From positions 32,001-96,000 of the forward strand of contig CAWGLD010000001.1 in assembly GCA_963823335.1 (NCBI GenBank): DNA of 64,000 nt, written 5' to 3'. The position numbers were made by a program, and so were the translations under genes. This DNA comes from an uncultured delta proteobacterium (GTDB lineage: Bacteria > Desulfobacterota > Desulfobacteria > Desulfobacterales > B30-G6). The notes below the pieces were generated by a model. The model ran no database searches, was not told where the DNA came from, and worked only from the letters and a program-made list of their open reading frames with translations. Below, in pieces: positions 1 through 9,084 of this stretch (positions are counted from its first letter, which is position 1; every line of letters begins with the position of its first letter).

Positions 1-206
1 ATCTCTGCCAGGACCTGGTGCCCATCCATGCCGGGCATCTTGATGTCCAGAACGACCACATCCGGGTTTTCATCGAGTTTTTTAATTGCCTCCGAACCAC
101 TTGCAGCCAGAATGGTTTCGAATCCTTTGCGACTCAGGATTCGTTCTGTGGTTGTCCGGAACTGGGCCTCGTCATCCACCATCAATATCTTTATTTTTCG
201 ACTCAT
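1..206 (-). CDS. Response regulator, receiver domain (runs off the window edge)
   Basis: Read manually: MSRKIKILMVDDEAQFRTTTERILSRKGFETILAASGSEAIKKLDENPDVVVLDIKMPGMDG...; acidic DDE pocket, D-x-K-MPGMDG motif, AGGAA RBS. Confidence 0.9.
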   Translation of the reverse strand, partial: MSRKIKILMVDDEAQFRTTTERILSRKGFETILAASGSEAIKKLDENPDVVVLDIKMPGMDGHQVLAE

Positions 207-249
207 TTCATTTGCTTCCTTTTATTATGTTTATCCCTGCAACGCCCCT

Positions 250-786
250 CTATCGGGCGAGAATCGGTATTAACGACCAGAAAAAGAGGATCCAGATTGC
301 CAGAGAAATGGCCATGATCAACAGGGCCTCCTTCAGCTTCAACCCGCAGCCCTTTGTTATTCCGGTTCCAATCAGCCACCACTTCCAAGGCTCGGTAAAT
401 ATCACAACATACGGCACCCACGAAACCAGCAAGGTGACACCGGCGCTGAGGGCATAGATACTGAACAATCTTGTAAACCGAACTTTCCTCCCGATGCTCA
501 GTGCCATAACAACGTAGCCCAACCCTGCCAGAACAAACACCATCCCCACAGCGTTGAACATATGGATGCCGCCGGTGATGAAAAAGTTCTGAAGATCCGA
601 GTTCATCAAACTTGCAAAGCTGAAAAAACCGGCCGATAAGAATAGAAAACCAAGGGCTTGCGTCATACCGCCGGACTGTGGCAGTTCGCTGAAGAACCGG
701 CGTGGGTGTCCCATGATACTGAAAACGGTCTCAACATAAAAACCCAATGAAAACGTGTCCATCCGGTTTGCCTCGTCAGATGTCAT
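250..786 (-). CDS. Yip1-family membrane protein
   Basis: HPRRFF motif followed by about 5 hydrophobic helices; coupled to the upstream small ORF by an ATGA overlap. Confidence 0.7.
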   Translation of the reverse strand: MTSDEANRMDTFSLGFYVETVFSIMGHPRRFFSELPQSGGMTQALGFLFLSAGFFSFASLMNSDLQNFFITGGIHMFNAVGMVFVLAGLGYVVMALSIGRKVRFTRLFSIYALSAGVTLLVSWVPYVVIFTEPWKWWLIGTGITKGCGLKLKEALLIMAISLAIWILFFWSLIPILAR

Positions 787-950
787 TGCCAGACCCCCAA
801 CTTGTAGCCCGCCCCTATCACCAGCATGATGACGGTCAGGACAAAAAAGAACTTGCGCTCCGTATCTTTGCTGAAGTATAGCCGGCCATCTTCAAGACGC
901 AGTATTCTGTTTGCCTTTTGATCGATGCCATATCCGCTGTGTTGTTTCAT
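783..950 (-). CDS. Small single-pass membrane protein, 55 aa (not in ORF track)
   Basis: MKQHSGYGIDQKANRILRLEDGRLYFSKDTERKFFFVLTVIMLVIGAGYKLGVWQ*; GGAAGGA RBS; stop overlaps the Yip1 start. Confidence 0.7.
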   Translation of the reverse strand: MKQHSGYGIDQKANRILRLEDGRLYFSKDTERKFFFVLTVIMLVIGAGYKLGVWQ

Positions 951-974
951 ATTTCCTTCCCCTTTCAGAAGCGT

Positions 975-2828
975 CTAAAAGCCAGGTAAATCGCCGAATC
1001 CCAGGATTTGCCAGAAAACCAAGACCAGCAGCATCAGCAGCACTTGAGATAAAATCCAAATGGGTACTCCCACGCGCAGAAAGTCCTTGGGTTCGAGGTA
1101 GCCGCTGGCGTAAACAATGGCATTGGGTGGTGTGCCGATCACCATGCAGTAGGCAAAGGAAGACGAAATAGCCGTTACCATTGCCATGAACGGCAGATAC
1201 ATTGTGCCCGGATGCGCCAGACCGGCCATGTTCAGGGTGACGGGGCCCACGGCGGCGGCGGCAGGACCATCTGCCATCAAATTGGTAATGATGGCTGTCA
1301 GACCGCTCGAGGCTGCCAGCAACGGCAGGCCGGAGTCGATTCCGAGGGGAGCCACCAATTCGAGGGCACTCCTGGCTATCCAGTAGGCAGCACCCGAACT
1401 GTCCAAAACTCTTCCAAAAATCATGGCGCCGGCATAAAGCCAGATCACACCCCAATCCACTTTTTCCTGGTAATCACGCCAGTTGGTGATCCCGGCAAAC
1501 AGATAGGCGATTGCCCCGGCCATGGCAATCACGCCGATGCCCAGGCGCACCGGCAGCCAGCCCATATCAAAAAAGGTTTTTTCGGTAAACCAGCCGAACA
1601 GCATGACGACGAAGATAATGATGGCCGTAATCTGCTTGCGGTTCCAGCCGCCCATCTTGTCGATTTCGAATTTCAATTGGCCCATGGCCGGTGCCAGAGA
1701 AGTGATCTGCGGCTTGAATCGAAGGTTTATGGTAAACCAGGTGAGAGGAATCATGATGATGACAAAGGGAAAACAATAGACGATCCACTGGATATAACCG
1801 ATGTCCATGCCGAACATGTCGTTGAGATAGGTCATCATGATGACGTTACGGGCACCGCCGGAAGGAGCGCCCGGGCCACCGATGTTGCACGCCATGGCGA
1901 TGGTGATCATGATCATTTTGCCCAGTTCCGGATCTTCCGGGATTTCCCGTGTCAGACTGTTCTGGTAAAGCAGCATACCGATGGGCAGAAACATGGCCGC
2001 CAGGGCGTGATCGGAGATAAAGGCCGCCAGGGGGCTGATGATCACAAAAAAGATCAGCGTAATCCAGCGCACGTTCGGTACGGCCAGCTTGCGAAACATC
2101 ATCAGACAGATGCGCTTGTCCACGCCGGTCTTGACAAAGGCTGCGGCAAACATGAGGCTGCCCATGATAAACCAGACCGCATCGTCCCAGTAAAGCATGG
2201 TGACTTCTTTACGGCTGACTACGCCGGTAAACACCAGCAGCAACCCGATGCAAAACGCCACGCCGGGCAGCGGGATGCATTCCGTCAAAAAGCAGATCAC
2301 CACGAAAACGACCATGGCCATGGCCACCTTGATAGCCCAGGCCCCCTGGTCCGCCGACTTTCTGTCCTTGTCGGACAGTTCCTCGTATTTGAGGCCTTCC
2401 TTGCGCAGGGTCAGCGCTTTTTGGGCAACATCCAGATACGTCTCGTTGTCGAGTTTTGTGTCCACGAAAGTCATGGCTCTATCGAAATTTTCCTTGGCCG
2501 CGGGAATTTTGTTACCCCTGGCCCATGACAGATCGCGGTTCAAAAAACTCTTTCTGCCCAGAGCCCCCATCTGAACATTCTGTTCCATGATCTGGGCGCA
2601 GAGAAGTTCCCATTGTTCGGCATCTACACTTTTTTTATTGAAAAATGATTGGGTAATAAAATTAACTGCCGCCGTGGGGCCTACCTTGTATTCCATACCC
2701 ACGTCCTTCATCCCGTAAGGCGTGGGCATGAACAAGATCACAAACAGCAGAATTATTGGAAAAATAAAAATTTTCCAGTTCACGTACTTGTCGTATCCGG
2801 TCGCTTTTTTCTTAGTCTTTTCTGTCAT
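975..2828 (-). CDS. SLC13/DASS family anion or dicarboxylate:Na+ permease (copy 1)
   Basis: TECIP, FISDHA, GGPGAPSGGARN, VIGTPPNAIVY motifs; many TM helices; start set at MTEKTKK (ORF track extends to 2852). Confidence 0.9.
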   Translation of the reverse strand: MTEKTKKKATGYDKYVNWKIFIFPIILLFVILFMPTPYGMKDVGMEYKVGPTAAVNFITQSFFNKKSVDAEQWELLCAQIMEQNVQMGALGRKSFLNRDLSWARGNKIPAAKENFDRAMTFVDTKLDNETYLDVAQKALTLRKEGLKYEELSDKDRKSADQGAWAIKVAMAMVVFVVICFLTECIPLPGVAFCIGLLLVFTGVVSRKEVTMLYWDDAVWFIMGSLMFAAAFVKTGVDKRICLMMFRKLAVPNVRWITLIFFVIISPLAAFISDHALAAMFLPIGMLLYQNSLTREIPEDPELGKMIMITIAMACNIGGPGAPSGGARNVIMMTYLNDMFGMDIGYIQWIVYCFPFVIIMIPLTWFTINLRFKPQITSLAPAMGQLKFEIDKMGGWNRKQITAIIIFVVMLFGWFTEKTFFDMGWLPVRLGIGVIAMAGAIAYLFAGITNWRDYQEKVDWGVIWLYAGAMIFGRVLDSSGAAYWIARSALELVAPLGIDSGLPLLAASSGLTAIITNLMADGPAAAAVGPVTLNMAGLAHPGTMYLPFMAMVTAISSSFAYCMVIGTPPNAIVYASGYLEPKDFLRVGVPIWILSQVLLMLLVLVFWQILGFGDLPGF

Positions 2829-2868
2829 GACACCATTTCCCTCACGGCTCACCGGTCAAGCGTTATTA

Positions 2869-3332
2869 TCATCGCTCGGGTTTTTCAGCCTGCTTCAAAA
2901 TTTCCCGGGGTGATTTCATGTAACTGCGCGATTGCGCCATCTGTATTTTTTCCTCCAATAGCTGTCTTTTCCGAAAAGCCTCCTTAACCTTTGCAATCAG
3001 GTCGTCGATATCCGTGGGTTTCATCAGATAATCCGTGGCGCCGCATTTCAAGCCGTCAATGGCTGATTCGACGGTGGCATGTCCGGTCAGCATAATGACC
3101 TCAACCAGGGGAAACCGTCTTTTAATCTCCTTTAATGTTTCATTCCCGTCCATACCGGGCATCTTGACATCGAGAACCACCACATGAATATGCTTTTGAT
3201 CTCAATAGTGTCAAGGGCTTCCGCCCCGCTGGTGGCGGTAACGACATCGATCCCTTTTTTGTTCAGCAGTTTTTGGGTGGTGGAAAGAAATCGTTCTTCA
3301 TCATCCACCAGCATGAGTTTCATTGCCTCCAT
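2869..3332 (-). pseudogene. Single-domain response regulator with a frameshift near 3195 (real or assembly error)
   Basis: N-half MEAMKLMLVDDEERF...EALDTIEIK and C-half HIHVVVLDVKMPGMDG...MKP are in different frames; one base is missing at GAGATCAAAAGCAT. Confidence 0.8.
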
Positions 3333-3358
3333 AGCAGACTCCTTGTTGAAGTTGTTAA

Positions 3359-3677
3359 TTAAGGATCTTCTCCCAATTATTTGGGAGAAAGGGTCCAAGG
3401 GGTCCAGGATTCAAGGATTCAAGTGTTTGTTTTCAAGGGATTTGATCAGTGCTTTCAGCATTCTCTCTACATCCCCGATCTTCATTCTTAATTCCTGAAG
3501 CCTCTCTTTTCCCATATAACCCAAGTCACCAGATATCATCGTTTATCCAAACAAAGTTTATACGATTTTTCAAAAACGTTTAACTCTTTATAATTTTTAA
3601 GCATTCCACTCGAACCCTGGAATCCTCGAATCCTTGAACCCTTCATTTAGATCAACTCTTTTGGGTCTGATCCTTAA
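3359..3677. mobile_element. Inverted-repeat-bounded cassette with an internally deleted four-helix-bundle gene
   Basis: Ends TTAAGGATC / GATCCTTAA; subterminal inverted arrays of 8-bp GGATTCAA-like units; encloses the gene remnant at 3411-3604. Confidence 0.7.
3411..3604 (-). pseudogene. Four helix bundle protein (23S rRNA intervening-sequence protein family) remnant
   Basis: N-term MLKNYKELNVFEKSYKLCLD joined out of frame to C-term ISGDLGYMGKERLQELRMKIGDVERMLKALIKSLENKHLNP*. Confidence 0.75.
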
Positions 3678-3716
3678 AACCGCTCCAGTAGACCCCTCCT
3701 GTAAAATCTGGGAAAT

Positions 3717-5402
3717 TCACTTGACCGAGGGCAGCCGGATGGTAAACGTGGTGCTGTTGTTCTCCTGACTATCAACCGACATGCTGCCGCCCATTTTATC
3801 GATGATGCCGTAGCATACCGAAAGCCCCAGTCCCGTCCCTTTGCCTACCGGTTTGGTGGTGAAAAACGGCGCAAACACCTTCTTCAAGTTTTCAGGACTG
3901 ATACCGCTGCCGTTGTCGCGGATCTTAATTTCGACTTGCCCGTCTTCCGCATGACCGGATTCGATCTGAATGGCACCCCCTGAAGATCCATGTCTAACGA
4001 TGACGGCATCGATGGCGTTGTTCAAGAGATTCACCAGGACCTGTTGCAGATGGCGCAGGTCTCCATGAACCTCCGAATTTTGATCGGATGTTTTCTGCTC
4101 GATGGCAATCCCGTGCACACCGGCCTTGTTGGCCACCATACCGACGACTTCGGGGATGAAGGTGTGAAGATCAATATCTTTGACCACCGGCTCACCCTTG
4201 CGTCCGAATTGAAGAATGGCCTGGGTAATATCCGCACATCGATCCACCTGAAGTTTGATCTGTGCAATGGAATCTTCCATGTCCGACAGATCTTCCGACT
4301 CCTTTATGTCCCCTTTTTGCTTCAGATCCGAAAAAATCATCTCGATCAGGGCATACTCGCTTTTTATGATCTGAAGGGGGTTGTTGATTTCATGGGCAAA
4401 TCCGGAAGCCATTTCCCCGATTTCCGCCAGCCTACCGGCCCGGAAAAGTTGTTCGCCCAGTTCATCTTTCTCCTGATCCATACGTTCCATACGACGGACA
4501 ATACGGTCCGTCAGAATAAAGGCAATGGCAACGATGATCATACCGCCCAGAACACTGATGAAAAATATACGATATGCGGCCTGGTGCAATGACTTGAACG
4601 CATCCGCTTTTTCCTGTCGCACCACCAGCAGCCAGCTGTTATCTTTCAGCCATGTGGTGGCATATAGAAAGGTCTCGCCATGAACATCGGCGCCTAAAAA
4701 GGCTTTTATTTCCTCATGAACCGGTCCGTATTTGGGGCGATCCGGATCCTTTCCCATCAATGAACCGCCGGAACGTCTTTCCGTTTGAAATACACCTTCG
4801 GTGTCCAGGAGATACGCCTCACCGGTTTTACCGATGCGCACCTTTTTTACCAAGTCATTGAATATCTGGGTGTCGATGGTGGCGCGGATGACCCACTGAC
4901 GACCTTGATTCATCTGGGCAATGGCGATGACAAAATGGGGCACCTGGCGGTAGCCGAGAAAGACGTTGCTGATATAAAACCCGTTTTTCATAACTGCTTT
5001 GAACCAGGGAGCCTGATCGTACACCTTGCCCGACAATGGATACGGTCCGTGGTAGGCAATGTGCAGGCCGTTTTCATCTAAAATGCCCAGATCCACAAAG
5101 GCACTGGATTTTTTTTGCAGACTGTAAAATGTTTGTTCAAGCTTATCTTGATACTTCAGTTCTTCAAAGGACAAGGTATTGCTTACAAATTCCAGATCGG
5201 CTTTTCTCTCCACTAAAAATGATTCGATCATCTGCCGGTGGTCATGCACAATTCGCTGAATGCTGGCGATGGTGCTGTTTTCCAGTGAGTTTGTAAAATA
5301 ATAATGCCCGATGCCCAATACCATGGCATACGGAATCAGAGGTGCCAGAATCATGCTGGCAAGAATTACTTTTTTTAAACCCGCATACGGATTTTGCTTC
5401 AT
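3717..5402 (-). CDS. Sensor histidine kinase, dCache-type periplasmic domain
   Basis: Two TM helices, H-box FAHEINNPL, N box, [21 protein letters not shown]. Confidence 0.95.
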   Translation of the reverse strand: MKQNPYAGLKKVILASMILAPLIPYAMVLGIGHYYFTNSLENSTIASIQRIVHDHRQMIESFLVERKADLEFVSNTLSFEELKYQDKLEQTFYSLQKKSSAFVDLGILDENGLHIAYHGPYPLSGKVYDQAPWFKAVMKNGFYISNVFLGYRQVPHFVIAIAQMNQGRQWVIRATIDTQIFNDLVKKVRIGKTGEAYLLDTEGVFQTERRSGGSLMGKDPDRPKYGPVHEEIKAFLGADVHGETFLYATTWLKDNSWLLVVRQEKADAFKSLHQAAYRIFFISVLGGMIIVAIAFILTDRIVRRMERMDQEKDELGEQLFRAGRLAEIGEMASGFAHEINNPLQIIKSEYALIEMIFSDLKQKGDIKESEDLSDMEDSIAQIKLQVDRCADITQAILQFGRKGEPVVKDIDLHTFIPEVVGMVANKAGVHGIAIEQKTSDQNSEVHGDLRHLQQVLVNLLNNAIDAVIVRHGSSGGAIQIESGHAEDGQVEIKIRDNGSGISPENLKKVFAPFFTTKPVGKGTGLGLSVCYGIIDKMGGSMSVDSQENNSTTFTIRLPSVK

Positions 5403-5550
5403 GGGTTGGGCTGCTCTGGTTTATATTTACCAATAAATTCGTTTTACGAATGTATGAAACGCGACAGTTGAAATGCCTTATCTTACTTCTGCTGTTCGAT
5501 ATTTCCTATTCAGTATTCGATCTTTTCTTTAAAAACTGGCGGATAGAAGA

Positions 5551-5919
5551 TCACCCTAACAGAGTTTCATAAACCACCTGTTTCAGACGCTCGACGCTGA
5601 CGTCCCTTTTTTCCACAAAAATAACTTTCTTCACGGTATTTGAATCAAATGTGTGATCTAAAAAATGGGTGTGCACAATTATCGGCAGTGTTGGAATACG
5701 ATCCAGAACAGTATCCAATATATTTGAACCATCACTGTCGGGAAGATCCGGGTCCAGTATGATCAGATCGAGAGGATCATGATGGAATGTCATTTTAATC
5801 ACTTCACGGGCATTTTCCGCCAGAAGGACCTGGAAGCCCGCAGAAACCATCTCGCGCTGAAGAAACAGGCGCACATTTCGATTTCGATCGGCAATCAGTA
5901 TTGTAAAATCCGTTTTCAC
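5551..5919 (-). CDS. Single-domain response regulator (atypical receiver)
   Basis: TILIADRN...DLIILDPDLPD...IIVHT...FVEK. Confidence 0.8.
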   Translation of the reverse strand: MKTDFTILIADRNRNVRLFLQREMVSAGFQVLLAENAREVIKMTFHHDPLDLIILDPDLPDSDGSNILDTVLDRIPTLPIIVHTHFLDHTFDSNTVKKVIFVEKRDVSVERLKQVVYETLLG

Positions 5920-5961
5920 TGATTTGTTCCTTAAGGCAAATGGGTAAGCTATGATCCAAAA

Positions 5962-5977
5962 AGCAAGCTCTATGCCA
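5962..5977 (-). promoter_or_regulatory. sigma54 (-24/-12) promoter for the operon starting at 5919
   Basis: Minus strand TGGCATAGAGCTTGCT, exact GG-N10-GC spacing. Confidence 0.85.
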
Positions 5978-6070
5978 TCTAATCAGATATCGAAAATATT
6001 TGTTAACTATCTGGAAATAAAGTGAATAATATTTCAGATCTGACAAATCATATCCGGTGGCAATAAAGGA

Positions 6071-6089
6071 GTGTCGATTTATTTTACAG
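6071..6089. promoter_or_regulatory. Putative upstream activator site (TGT-N11-ACA)
   Basis: GTGTCGATTTATTTTACAG; 15/19 identical to 17035-17053 and at nearly the same distance from a sigma54 promoter. Confidence 0.6.
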
Positions 6090-6098
6090 GGTGTAAAC

Positions 6099-6121
6099 AT
6101 AAAATCGTGACACGATTTTAT
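6099..6121. repeat. Short palindrome, copy 1
   Basis: ATAAAATCGT-GAC-ACGATTTTAT; identical arms at 31209-31232. Confidence 0.7.
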
Positions 6122-6240
6122 TTGCAGACTGGAGATTGCTGTAGTAATTTGGAAAAGTTATTCCGATGGGCCATCGCCCTCAGGATAAGATCGCTATTGG
6201 CTCCAGTGAAACGGAAAACAAACGTCACTAGCAACGTATT

Positions 6241-7473
6241 ATGGGATGGAGACCCAAAGTGCCGGACAATAAAACTGAGTCGACAAAACCGGAGTTGCCC
6301 CGGGACCAGCCAACATTTATCTTCAACCGGATGGAGTTCGCAGGATCAATGGGGGATCTGGGAACCCTGCTCCCTATTACCATCGCCATGATTGTCTTAA
6401 ACGGGCTGAACGTCACCAATGTCATGGTGACCGTGGGGCTGTTTTATGTCGTTGCCGGTCTCTACTTCAGGGTGCCGGTCCCGGTCCAGCCTATGAAGGT
6501 CATCGGCGCTTATGCCATTGCCGTCGGTCTTACACCGACGCAGATCATTGCCGCTAGTCTCTGGATGGGGATTTTAGTTCTTATTCTGGGTACCACCGGT
6601 CTGATTCATGTGATCGGTAAATACACCCCCAAAAGCACCGTTCGCGGCGTGCAGCTCGGTGTCGGCATCATCCTGATGAGCAAGGGGCTGAATTTTATCA
6701 TCCAACCGGATCCCAATCTGGCCATCCAGACCATCGGTGCCATCAACACGGGAATTATCCTGGGAATCGTCGGTATGATCGTGACATTTCTGTTGCTCGA
6801 CAATCGAAAATTTCCGGCGGCAGTCCTGGTTGTAGCGGGCGGTATTGCCGTCGGGCTCTTGATCGGCAAGCCGGTGAGATGGGAGGAAATGAAAATCGGG
6901 TTTCATCTGCCCCGTTTTTTCCCTTACGGTCTGCCATCCTGGAACGACATCCTCTGGGTGCTGCCGGTTCTGGTGCTGCCTCAGATCCCCATGACCATCG
7001 GCAATGCCATACTCTCCAACACCGATGTCATGCATGAATACTTCGGTGAAAAAGCTCGCCGGGCATCCTATCGTTCCATCGCCAATAGCCAGGGAATTGC
7101 AGGGATTTTCAGTTTTATACTGGGGGGTATCCCCATGTGCCATGGCGCGGGGGGAGTGGCCGCCATGTATCGATTCGGGGCACGCACCGCCGCCGCTAAT
7201 GTGATCATCGGTGCCATATTCGTGGCCCTGGCCGTCTTGTTCGGGCAGAACGCGCTCCCCATATTAAATTTACTCCCCATGTCTCTGCTGGGGGTTCTTC
7301 TGGTTTTTGCCGGGGCACAACTGGCCCTCATGGTCAATGACCTCACCGAACGCAAAGATCTTTTTGTGGCCCTGATCATGCTGGGCATCACCCTGACGGT
7401 GAATCTTGCCGTGGCATTTCTATGCGGTATTGTCATCGCTTATGCGCTGAAGAGTGACAGGGTGAGTGTCTGA
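6241..7473 (+). CDS. Putative sulfate/molybdate transporter (MOT1-type)
   Basis: EFAGSMGDLGT, PVPVQPMK, PQIPMTIGNA, PMCHGAGG, YRFGART motifs; start uncertain. Confidence 0.85.
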   Translation: MGWRPKVPDNKTESTKPELPRDQPTFIFNRMEFAGSMGDLGTLLPITIAMIVLNGLNVTNVMVTVGLFYVVAGLYFRVPVPVQPMKVIGAYAIAVGLTPTQIIAASLWMGILVLILGTTGLIHVIGKYTPKSTVRGVQLGVGIILMSKGLNFIIQPDPNLAIQTIGAINTGIILGIVGMIVTFLLLDNRKFPAAVLVVAGGIAVGLLIGKPVRWEEMKIGFHLPRFFPYGLPSWNDILWVLPVLVLPQIPMTIGNAILSNTDVMHEYFGEKARRASYRSIANSQGIAGIFSFILGGIPMCHGAGGVAAMYRFGARTAAANVIIGAIFVALAVLFGQNALPILNLLPMSLLGVLLVFAGAQLALMVNDLTERKDLFVALIMLGITLTVNLAVAFLCGIVIAYALKSDRVSV

Positions 7474-7546
7474 AGATGAACGTCCACATCCATTGTTGTA
7501 AATCGACATTTTTAAAAACATGGCCACAAGACCTTTATCAACGTCC

Positions 7547-7630
7547 GATAAATCCCTGGAAAACAAACGCTTGAATCCGTGAATCCTGGACCCCTTGAAC
7601 CCTTTCTCCCAATTAATTGGGAGAAGATCC
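7547..7630 (+). repeat. Isolated end of the four-helix-bundle cassette
   Basis: Near-identical to the reverse complement of about 3363-3445, including KSLENK codons, 8-bp repeats and the TTCTCCCAA-TTGGGAGAA hairpin. Confidence 0.8.
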
Positions 7631-7644
7631 AATAAGTTGAAAGG

Positions 7645-9084
7645 TTACTCGCGGTGGTCCTCATCAACGGACGTTTTAAGTTTGAGACCATATTTTTCAA
7701 TTTTGGCGTGTAAGGTGGGGCGGGAAAGCCCGAGCAGTTTGGCCGCCCGGGTGCGGTTTCCATCGGTTAGATTCAAGGCTTCACTGACCAGGGTACCGGA
7801 AATATGATCCATGATGCTTTCATAGGTGTGCTCTTCAGCTTCCTCGGTCATTGATCTGCGCATCCAGAGGCGAATGACCTCTTCGGCCGCTTTGGGATCG
7901 GCATCCCTGATTACTTTTTTATCGTCAAGAGCCTGCAGAACGTCCTCGGATTGGATTGGAGCACCCCGGCTGAAAATCAAGGCTTTTTGAATGGTATTGG
8001 CCAGTTCGCGAACATTGCCCGGCCATAAATGGTTGTTTAAAGGAGCAACAGCACCTCGCTCAATTCCGGGATTGTCCATACCCAACTCGATGGCGTATCG
8101 AGACATAAAATAGTCTGTCAAAAGCGGGATGTCGTCCCGGCGTTCGCGCAGGGGCGGAAGCGAAATCGTTACCACTTTTAGCCGGTAGTACAGATCCTCA
8201 CGAAACCGCCCATTCGCCAGGGCTACCTCCAGATCACGATTGGTAGCCGCAAGAATGCGGACATCCACCGGTATGGTCTGACGCCCCCCCAATCGTTCAA
8301 TACTTCGTTCCTGCAGCAGGCGCAATATTTTGGCCTGAATGCTAAAGGGCATATCACCGATCTCGTCCAGAAACACGGTGCCGCCGTTGGCTTGTTCGAT
8401 TTTTCCCACCCGGCGGTGAACTGCCCCGGTAAAAGCCCCTTTTTCATAACCAAACAGTTCACTTTCCAGGAGGTTCTCCGGGATGGCAACACAGTTGATC
8501 ACCAGAAAGGGTTTCTCCGCTCTCAGGCTGTGCTGGTATATGGCCCGAGCCACCAGTTCCTTGCCGGTCCCGGACTCTCCCCGGATCAGCACCGTTGCGT
8601 CGGCAGTGGAGACACGTCCGATGGCCTTGTATACATCCTGCATGGATTTGCTGCGCCCGACAATGGCTTCTTTGCTTGCTTCGTCCGGTGAAACATCCAT
8701 TTGCACCGGTGTGCGCATAAAACGCCCGGCTTCCAGTGCCTGGTGAATAACCGTCAGCATGGCGGGGATTTCAAAGGGTTTCAGAATGTAATCAAAGGCG
8801 CCTATTTTGGTGGCTTGAATGGCGGTTTCGGTGGTTCCGTAAGCGGTCATGATAATAACCGGAAGCTTGGGCTCTAAGGCGTGAATAGCTTCAAAGGTTT
8901 CCAGGCCGTTCATCCCAGGTAGCCGGACGTCGACGATCACCAGGTCCGGTGACTGGTTTTGAACGATTTCAATACCTGCTTCCCCCGAAGCGGCGCCTTC
9001 AGCCGTGTAGCCTTCCTCGGATAAAAGTTTGTGAAAACTTTTACGAAGCTGGTCGTCGTCGTCAATAATCAGAATCGTGCTCAT
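7645..9084 (-). CDS. sigma54-dependent response regulator (NtrC/AtoC family; REC-AAA+-Fis HTH)
   Basis: GESGTGKE, ESELFGYEKGAFTGA, FLDEIGD, WPGNVREL, C-terminal HTH; start set at MSTILIIDDD. Confidence 0.95.
   Translation of the reverse strand: MSTILIIDDDDQLRKSFHKLLSEEGYTAEGAASGEAGIEIVQNQSPDLVIVDVRLPGMNGLETFEAIHALEPKLPVIIMTAYGTTETAIQATKIGAFDYILKPFEIPAMLTVIHQALEAGRFMRTPVQMDVSPDEASKEAIVGRSKSMQDVYKAIGRVSTADATVLIRGESGTGKELVARAIYQHSLRAEKPFLVINCVAIPENLLESELFGYEKGAFTGAVHRRVGKIEQANGGTVFLDEIGDMPFSIQAKILRLLQERSIERLGGRQTIPVDVRILAATNRDLEVALANGRFREDLYYRLKVVTISLPPLRERRDDIPLLTDYFMSRYAIELGMDNPGIERGAVAPLNNHLWPGNVRELANTIQKALIFSRGAPIQSEDVLQALDDKKVIRDADPKAAEEVIRLWMRRSMTEEAEEHTYESIMDHISGTLVSEALNLTDGNRTRAAKLLGLSRPTLHAKIEKYGLKLKTSVDEDHRE

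Noticed and set aside
1212-2528. Long antisense ORFs (438 aa here; also 19820-21085, 37977-39047, 45643-46770)
   Set aside because: They shadow well-supported genes on the opposite strand and have no recognisable motifs
5485-5525. Degenerate TTCGATA-like heptamer run
   Set aside because: Too short and degenerate to delimit as an element
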